DNA of 64,000 nt from Candidatus Poribacteria bacterium. Its GTDB lineage: Bacteria > Poribacteria > WGA-4E > PCPOR2b. This document shows, piece after piece, positions 58,201-64,000 of the stretch. The position numbers and the translations under genes were made by a program. The DNA is taken from contig OZ244587.1 in the NCBI GenBank assembly GCA_965218095.1, positions 2,624,001 through 2,688,000 on the forward strand. The letters are read 5' to 3'. The notes beneath the pieces are model-generated. The model was given only the letters and a program-made list of their open reading frames with translations, ran no database searches and was not told the DNA's origin. The number at the start of each line of letters is the position of its first letter. The stretch's first letter is position 1.

Positions 58201-58596
58201 AGTACGACAGACACAAACCTCGCAGGCAATCGCATTTTGGAGCAGCCTGTTATCCTTATCACCAATGAACACTCCGGGAGCAATACGGAGATGTTCAGCG
58301 AGGGTTTCCGAAAATTGGGACTTGGTAAAGTGATCGGTATGCCCACGGCCGGTGCGGTCATCTGGACATCGGGCTGGACCTTGCTTGATGGAACGACTTT
58401 CCGTTTGCCTTGGTTAAGGGTCACAACCCTGGAGGGTGAAAATACCGAAGGCACCGCCCGTCCGGTTGATGTTGAGGTCGATCGCCCGCTTGGCGAAGCC
58501 GCGCAGGGGATAGACAGTCAACTTGACGTTGCTGTCGAGCAATTGCTGGCACAGATTGATGGAAATGGTTCCGATCAAAATGGTAGAGATATGTAG
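55264..58596 (+). CDS. Tricorn-like S41 protease (PD40 propellers, PDZ)
   Basis: Repeated SPDG motifs, GELNASH, GYAHI, DVRFNPGG, SGSNTEMF, GMPTAG; acidic linker. Confidence 0.92.
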   Translation: MANSSHLFLTILSTLYTKESASETANIPYLRQPALAPDGSEIAFCYAGDVWMAPATGGQARRITAHPSYDSQPVFSPDGAQLAFVSQRTGGGNIYVISLQSNKPPRRLTYHNSGFSSPACWSPGGEWIYFSSYYDGLCGASYKIHTDGGTPIQVASDPVETHYYLAISPDGKRLAFNNNGHQWWRHGPNPSGHSDIWVMSEAIGANDHRRLTQYLGRNLRPMWNADGSGLYYLSDCDGEENIWHMRLEGDAEAEQITHFTDGRVLRPSISADGKWIIFERNFQIWRLNLENRETEQIEIIVQTDEKSNPIRHHTYTAQINELQLAPDGKKVAFIVHGEVFADLADKGDKVKKGGDSLKVTDTPFRESQLQWYPESNCVVYVSDRTGHNEIFQYNFKEQVETQLTDSPEQKYAPKFSPDGKWLAYLQGDTEIWLMNTETQEKRPFITYQVFPDVPEPTDFEWSPDSRWIAFIARDQNFFSNLYAQHIEAESPRRLTFLSNINSYRILWSPDGKFIVFNTGQYRTESQIARVDLKPIPPVFKEADFDKLFQEDEKDEQDKDKEDTPQPLEVEPSETEASDSADEDSDEDGDEKAEGKQRKKKIEPVEIEFEEIKHRLRFLTDFKLNAQAMCIRPDGKTLIFRASMTGHPNLWSMSLEEDKRGELPKQLTATGSGKSSVQFLPKGKKFYYLDGGRIHSLGMSEDGAKDGDAKALDTKAEVEVNFHLEKMQGFDEAWRLMRDHFYDPQFHGCDWEQVRKTFRPITEGIQTQTDFRELLNLMVGELNASHLGAGGKTDTAPDSYLGADFEREALENYGHFKIIHLLPESPLTLPEEPARVGEYLVAVDGVALNGGVNLPEQLQRKKGKRVPVKLNDKPQLEGARELTVQPIDSSQHRNLRYKDWVRWNEAYIHEKSNRQLGYAHIREMSYEAYLQFIADLDTETHDREGVVLDVRFNPGGHIAPFILDVLHRRAYTQSNYRGLISTTDTNLAGNRILEQPVILITNEHSGSNTEMFSEGFRKLGLGKVIGMPTAGAVIWTSGWTLLDGTTFRLPWLRVTTLEGENTEGTARPVDVEVDRPLGEAAQGIDSQLDVAVEQLLAQIDGNGSDQNGRDM

Positions 58597-58658
58597 GGGC
58601 AAGTCTTGTGCCTGCCCAAAAGTGACAACCCCTTTGGTTACCGGGCGTAACCCCTCTC

Positions 58659-59435
58659 CTATCCGAGAGTCTGCCTAAAGAGCTGAATTGCGAACACCAG
58701 CACGGTGACAACGAGAACGACCCGAATCCACTTATCCCCTTTGGCAACCGCCCAATGACTGCCGACCCAAGCACCTGTGGCATTTCCGACGGCAAGCGTC
58801 AACCCAAGAGGCCAATCGACATTTCTGTTCCAAACGAAGACGATAAGTGCGATGCTGGTGTAAAAAAAGATCACAAACACCTTGATTGCATTGGTGCGAA
58901 CCAGATCGAAACCATTCGTCAGTGTCAGTGCTGCAATGATAATGAACCCCACTCCTGCCTGAATAAAGCCGCCGTAAACACCTACGAAAAAAAAGACGAG
59001 CATCCCGATGATTTTACGGAATAGGCTTAGATTTTCAGTCCCACCTTGCAGCTTTTTGGTTGGGCTAAAAAGAGTCAAAAATAGCACAGCGAGCATGATG
59101 CCAGCGAGAACGCGATTGAAGATTACTTCATCCATCTCAACAGCAATCTTCGCGCCGAACCAGGCTCCGACAAGCGCAGGCAGGGTAAGGAGCGTACTAT
59201 AGCCAAAATCAGAAACACCTTTGCGGCGGAACCCCATAATTCCGCTGGCGTTCTGTATGAAAACCGCGATTCTGTTGGTGCCATTTGCTGTTGCCGAGGG
59301 TAAACCGAGAAAAATCAGAACAGGGAGGGTGAGTAGTGAACCACCGCCGGCAACGGTGTTGAGGAAGCCGGCGAAGACACCGGTAACGAGAATTAACGGG
59401 ACTTCCCAAAAATTTTCCATGTATTGTTTTTGCAA
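58659..59435 (-). CDS. TauE/SafE family (sulfite exporter-like) membrane protein
   Basis: NTVAGGGSLLTLP, ANGTNR, YGGFIQAGVG. Confidence 0.9.
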   Translation of the reverse strand: MQKQYMENFWEVPLILVTGVFAGFLNTVAGGGSLLTLPVLIFLGLPSATANGTNRIAVFIQNASGIMGFRRKGVSDFGYSTLLTLPALVGAWFGAKIAVEMDEVIFNRVLAGIMLAVLFLTLFSPTKKLQGGTENLSLFRKIIGMLVFFFVGVYGGFIQAGVGFIIIAALTLTNGFDLVRTNAIKVFVIFFYTSIALIVFVWNRNVDWPLGLTLAVGNATGAWVGSHWAVAKGDKWIRVVLVVTVLVFAIQLFRQTLG

Positions 59436-59631
59436 CTCCTCGTCGGTTGGGTTGAAAGACTACAGCCACGATTATATCAGTTTTCATCCAGTTTATCCAG
59501 CGAAAAACCGAGAACTTTCGGCATAAATTACGCAGGTTGACTTATTCGGAGATAGTGTGCTAAATTAAGGGGAGCTATTCTGGATTCACCCATTCGTTAA
59601 TTCGCTATTTTCAGAACAGGAGGAGAGAAAT

Positions 59632-60102
59632 ATGTTAGCCGTTAAAGAACTGGGCCATGTGGGAATCTACCGTACCGACCTGCAACGGTCCAAAGACTTT
59701 TACACCCGCATCTTGGGGCTCACAGTTACCGACGAAGCCCCTGACGGTCACATCACCCTCCTCAGCGCGCAGCCAGAGGAAGAACACCATGAAGTCGCAC
59801 TCTGCCCGGGCAGGGACGTGCCACCGGGGGCAAAGGTTATTCAATAGGTGTCCTTCATTGTGGAAGATCTGACGCCCCTGAAGCAGTTTTATCATCAATT
59901 GAAGCGGGAGGGCGTGCGCTTTCGCAGTATTGTCAGTCACGGCATCGCCCTTGCCATTTACTGCTACGACCCTGATGACAACGTCGTTGAGATCTATGCG
60001 AAGACACCGTACAAGATACCACAACAGCTCTCTGAGCCGGTCGATCTCGAGCTGTCAGACGAGGAGTTGCTCGCCATCGCCGAGGGGGGCCAACAGTCGT
60101 AG
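59632..60102 (+). pseudogene. VOC/glyoxalase family protein interrupted by an in-frame TAG
   Basis: LGHVGI..FYTRILG..HHEVAL..VIQ*VSF..SHG..IYCYDPDDNVVEIY in a single frame; TAG at 59845-59847. Confidence 0.82.
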
Positions 60103-60163
60103 CATCGCTACGAACGCTAACCAGACCGTGGAGGCTTTCGCGCCAATCACGAAGGAGAGTGTC

Positions 60164-60797
60164 ATGAGCTTAGAATATTCATCGACAATTGCAAGTATTG
60201 TACAGAAACTCGAAACCCGCGACCCGCTGCCGCCGCTCGCCCCAAGAGAAGAATGGGACAACGAACTCACCCATCGAATTAAAGATATTCCATTAGAGAC
60301 GCTTTTTGATGGGCAATCCATTAAGGATTCAACGATGGGACACGCTATGCAGAGCGGCTTGCTGCTCTGGAACGATGCGCTTGATGTGTCACACACAATC
60401 TCGCAGGGTATCGAAAGCAAAACGGGCAACTATTGGCACGGCATTATGCACCGCCGCGAGCCCGACTATAGCAACGCGAAGTACTGGTTTGGGCGCGTTG
60501 GGGTTCATCCCACCTTTCCCACACTCCGCGAACAAGCGCTAGTGCTGCTCCAAGTTGCTTTGAATTCCGATCTTATCGATCGGGGCGCGTTCAACCGAAT
60601 CTGACTCGCTCGCAGATTATGCCGGGGCAATCAAGGAAAAAGAAAACTGGGATGCCTTTCGGTTCGTTGACTGGTGTCAGGCTTCAGATGGGGATAGGTC
60701 AACGCCGGAAGCAGTGAAAGCGTTTTTACAAGCCGTACAAGTTGAAGAGATTAAACTGTTGCTGAATTACTCATATCAGCAGGCACTCACTGAATAG
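60164..60797 (+). pseudogene. Conserved hypothetical protein, frameshifted by a 31-nt insertion
   Basis: SHTISQ..YWHGIMHRREPDYSNAKYWF; continues in another frame as WDAFRFVDWC..QVEEIKLLLNY. Confidence 0.75.
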
Positions 60798-60889
60798 AAG
60801 TTACGCAGTTGGGCTATGCCATCGGAATGGAGGGGGGCAGGCTCAATATAAGTGCGTAACCCCAATCGAATTGAACAGGAGGTATTACC

Positions 60890-61900
60890 ATGCGTTCTCA
60901 CAATGACTTCCACCGCTATGTATTACTCACCGTGGTTGGTTACATACTCATGACGCTTTGCATCTCTTCCGTCAATGCAGCTTCAATCAAGACCAGTTAC
61001 AAGTATCAAGAGATCAAGCGACTCCATAAAAAGATCCTCCAAAACAGCGAATCGGCAGCACTCAATATGCTGATTGAGAAATCGCGTGCCTTTATCGTGG
61101 AGAATCCGAAATACAAACGGATTGATCAGGTTTACTACATCCTCGGCCACGCACTGACCCGCGCAGGCCATACCGAGGAAGCCATTAAGGCTTATCAACA
61201 ACTTGTGAAAGATTATCCGAAAGCCGCTTATCTTGTGCCCGCTCTGCTGGAGATGGGATTAGCCTACGATCGGCTCGGTCAGCACGACAAAGCGGATGCA
61301 GCGTATCGTCAACTAATTGAACACCCAAAATACGGTTCGCGCGCGTCTGCGAAGACCGCGAAGCGTTTACTGGCACTAAAAAAGGAGAATCGCACCGGCG
61401 AAATCCCCGCAAGCGCCTCACACAGAAGGCGACCGGATGCACTGGTTGGCAAAAAAGCAATCGATTTCAGCGTGAAAGACCTCGACGGCAACGACCTGTC
61501 GCTGGAGAAATATCGCGGCAAGGTGGTCTTGCTTGACTTCTGGGCGGTTTGGTGCGGACCATGCGTCGCTGAAATGCCTAATGTGAAGCGGGTTTACGAG
61601 AAATATAAGGATGCGAACTTCCAAATCATTGGAATTAGCCTCGATCAAAGTCGGGATAAACTGGTGGCTTACCTAGAAAAGCAGGGGATTACGTGGCCCC
61701 AGTTTTTTGATGGAAATGGTTGGCGGAATCAGGTGGCGGAGATGTACGGCATCAACAGCATTCCACACATGTACCTCATTGATGGCGAAGGCGTAGTTCG
61801 CAAGGCAGATGTGCGGGGGAGAGCCCTCGAACCGGCGGTCGCCGAACTGATCCGAGAAAACAACGCGAAATTGAAGGGCAGCGAGCCGGCTGAGAAGTAG
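60890..61900 (+). CDS. Exported TPR plus TlpA-type thioredoxin protein
   Basis: Signal peptide, two or three TPRs, GKVVLLDFWAVWCGPC. Confidence 0.9.
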   Translation: MRSHNDFHRYVLLTVVGYILMTLCISSVNAASIKTSYKYQEIKRLHKKILQNSESAALNMLIEKSRAFIVENPKYKRIDQVYYILGHALTRAGHTEEAIKAYQQLVKDYPKAAYLVPALLEMGLAYDRLGQHDKADAAYRQLIEHPKYGSRASAKTAKRLLALKKENRTGEIPASASHRRRPDALVGKKAIDFSVKDLDGNDLSLEKYRGKVVLLDFWAVWCGPCVAEMPNVKRVYEKYKDANFQIIGISLDQSRDKLVAYLEKQGITWPQFFDGNGWRNQVAEMYGINSIPHMYLIDGEGVVRKADVRGRALEPAVAELIRENNAKLKGSEPAEK

Positions 61901-61972
61901 CGTCCAAGAGACCCATAGATGCTGAGTGACTCAATACCTTCAAAAATTTATGCAAATCAGGAGCATTTTCCT

Positions 61973-63883
61973 ATGAAAACTGTGTTTTTGTTCATACTCA
62001 CACTTATCTTTGTGACGCTTGTGTTGTTGCCAAACACCCTTGCCCAGGATTACACGCAATGGGGTTTACCCGAAGGAGTTAAAGCTCGCTTCGGTAAGGG
62101 TTGGATGTCTAGTAATATCGCGTATTCGCCAGATGGTGCGCGGCTCGCGGTCGCGAGTAGCATCGGAATTTGGCTCTATCACGCACACACCGGCACCGAA
62201 GTTGCCCTGCTCACCGGACAGATGAGGGATGTCAAAAGCATCGCGTTTAGCCCGGATGGTAGCACACTTGCCAGTGGGAGTTGGGACAAGACCGTTCGGC
62301 TGTGGGATGCCGTCACGGGAGCACACAAGCAGACGCTTACCGGACATATGAAGGAAGTCTGGAGTGTTGCATTCAGTCCGGATGGGGACACACTCGCAAG
62401 TGGGGGCAGGGATAATACTATTCGTCTGTGGGATGTCGTCACAGGGGCACACAAGCAGACGCTTACCGGACATACGGGTTGGGTCAGTAGCGTTGCATTC
62501 AGTCCGGATGGTGACACGCTTGCCAGTGGAAGCCGGGACAAGACCATTCGTCTGTGGGATGCTGTTACAGGGGCACACAAGCAGACACTCACCGGGCATG
62601 CAAGGGAGGTCACAAGCGTTGTATTCAGTCCCGATGGTGACACGCTTGCCAGTGGAAGCCGGGACAAGACCATTCGTCTGTGGGATGTTGTCACAGGGGC
62701 ACATAAGCGGACACTCACTAGGCATACAGGGGCGGTCACGAGCATTGCATTCAGTCCGGATGCGGGTACGCTCGTCAGCGGGAGTTGGGCAGTAGGTGCT
62801 TCCATCTGTCTGTGGGATGCTGTCACGGGGGCACACAAGCAGACACTCACCGGGCATACAAGTTGGGTCTGGAGCGTTACATTCAGCCCGGATGGGGACA
62901 CGCTCGCAAGTGGGAGTGGAGACGGTACCATCCGTCTGTGGGATGCCATCACGGGAGTGCATAAGCAGACGCTCACCGGGCATACGTATATGGTCACTCG
63001 CGTCGCCTTCAGTCCCGATGGAGGGACACTTGCAAGTGTTGCGATTTGGTACGGTACTATCCATATGTGGGATACCGCTACGGGGACACACAAGCGGACA
63101 CTCACTGTAGATATGCAGGGTATTATTAGTGTTGCGTTCAATCCGGATTGGGGTATGCTCGCAAGTGGGAGCGGAGATGGCACCTTCCATCTATGGGATG
63201 CCGTCACAGGCACACACAAGCGAACGATTGCCGGACATGATGCTATCACAGGGGAGCACAGGCAGCCGCTCACCGGACATACGGGGGGTGTCATTAGCGT
63301 TGCGTTCAGTCCAGATGGGAATACACTCGTAAGTGGAAGTCAGGACAATACCATCCGGCTGTGGGATACTGTCACCGGAAACCACAAGCAGACACTCACC
63401 GGACACACGGGAGAGGTCATAGGTGTTGCGTTCAGCCCGGATGGGGACACGCTCGCCACTGGGAGTCGAGACAAGACCATCCGTTTGTGGGATGCTGTCG
63501 CGGGGGCACATAAGCAGACGCTCACCGGGTATACAGGGCAAGTCACAAGCGTTGCGTTCAGCCCGGACGGGGATGCACTCGTAAGTGGAGGTCGGGACGG
63601 TACTCTCCATCTGTGGGAGGTTGTTACGGGTGCCCACAAACGGATGCTCACTGGACATACGGGGGAGGTCACAAGCGTTGCGTTCAGCCCGGACGGGGGC
63701 ACACTCGCTAGTGGGAGTGCGGACGAAACCAACCGGCTGTGGGATGCTGTGACGGGGGCACACAAGCGGACGTTCACCGGACATACAGGACAGGTCACAA
63801 GTGTTGCGTTCAGTCCGGATGGGGACACGCTCGCCACTGGGAGCCGGGACGGAACGGTGCTTTTGTGGGACTTGCACCGGTAG
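61973..63883 (+). CDS. Secreted WD40-repeat protein
   Basis: Signal peptide; 13 well-conserved ~42-aa repeats (LTGH..VAFSPDG.TLASGS.D.TIRLWD) plus a degenerate first blade. Confidence 0.95.
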   Translation: MKTVFLFILTLIFVTLVLLPNTLAQDYTQWGLPEGVKARFGKGWMSSNIAYSPDGARLAVASSIGIWLYHAHTGTEVALLTGQMRDVKSIAFSPDGSTLASGSWDKTVRLWDAVTGAHKQTLTGHMKEVWSVAFSPDGDTLASGGRDNTIRLWDVVTGAHKQTLTGHTGWVSSVAFSPDGDTLASGSRDKTIRLWDAVTGAHKQTLTGHAREVTSVVFSPDGDTLASGSRDKTIRLWDVVTGAHKRTLTRHTGAVTSIAFSPDAGTLVSGSWAVGASICLWDAVTGAHKQTLTGHTSWVWSVTFSPDGDTLASGSGDGTIRLWDAITGVHKQTLTGHTYMVTRVAFSPDGGTLASVAIWYGTIHMWDTATGTHKRTLTVDMQGIISVAFNPDWGMLASGSGDGTFHLWDAVTGTHKRTIAGHDAITGEHRQPLTGHTGGVISVAFSPDGNTLVSGSQDNTIRLWDTVTGNHKQTLTGHTGEVIGVAFSPDGDTLATGSRDKTIRLWDAVAGAHKQTLTGYTGQVTSVAFSPDGDALVSGGRDGTLHLWEVVTGAHKRMLTGHTGEVTSVAFSPDGGTLASGSADETNRLWDAVTGAHKRTFTGHTGQVTSVAFSPDGDTLATGSRDGTVLLWDLHR

Positions 63884-64000
63884 AGGATGTCAACGAGGAT
63901 GGGGTTGTAAACTTCTTCGATTTGATATTGTAAAATAAATCCTAAATATGGGAGCAGCGTCGAATCCAATTCTCAGACGTTACTGGGACCGGCTCGATTT

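Noticed and set aside
59845-59847. In-frame TAG in the VOC gene as pyrrolysine or stop-codon recoding
   Set aside because: In-frame stops in the window are of all three types (TAA at 20992 and 23111, TAG here, TGA in the remnants) and all three end normal genes. Point mutation (likely CAG to TAG) or consensus error is simpler.
62066-63969. Long antisense and alternate-frame ORFs over the WD40 gene, and similarly over the TPR genes
   Set aside because: Shadow frames kept open by repeat periodicity, with no recognisable independent domain

Overview
Bacterial chromosomal window of roughly 50% GC. Gene content suggests Candidatus Poribacteria or a relative; this is inference from a PhyH dioxygenase, a secreted WD40 protein starting QDYTQWGLPEG, an ECF sigma factor fused to a beta-propeller, and TPR-rich genes. 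Four zones: (1) 1-20.2 kb, housekeeping and metabolic genes (pncB fragment, SMP-30, redoxin, split ECF sigma fusion, DegT, msrP, PhyH, CocE, double YibE/F, uvrC, TonB-dependent receptor). (2) About 20.3-41.1 kb, a partly decayed defence/toxin-antitoxin island: MTase with a nonsense-disrupted ApaLI-like REase, broken mazEF, PLD-SNF2 helicase plus Eco57I-like MTase plus small membrane protein, two RelE-type TA pairs, TIGR02391 protein, ABC-ATPase plus PIN pair, DprA/SLOG protein and a vapBC remnant. (3) 41.3-53.9 kb, a co-oriented cluster of exported proteins with GGFGG/RGG tracts, GspC/GspD-like genes and a CotH kinase, then cimA, DUF4956 and an SdiA-regulated protein. (4) 54-64 kb, IS66 remnant, REP-like palindromes, tricorn protease, TauE, VOC, TPR-redoxin and a WD40 protein. 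Best candidate for an undescribed system: two unrelated toxin-antitoxin pairs whose antitoxins are each fused to near-identical TPR arrays (32965-37921). Also notable is a family of short CCCGA..TCGGG palindromes inserted inside coding sequences. No CRISPR array, tRNA or rRNA was found. All family assignments come from motif recognition by eye, not database searches.
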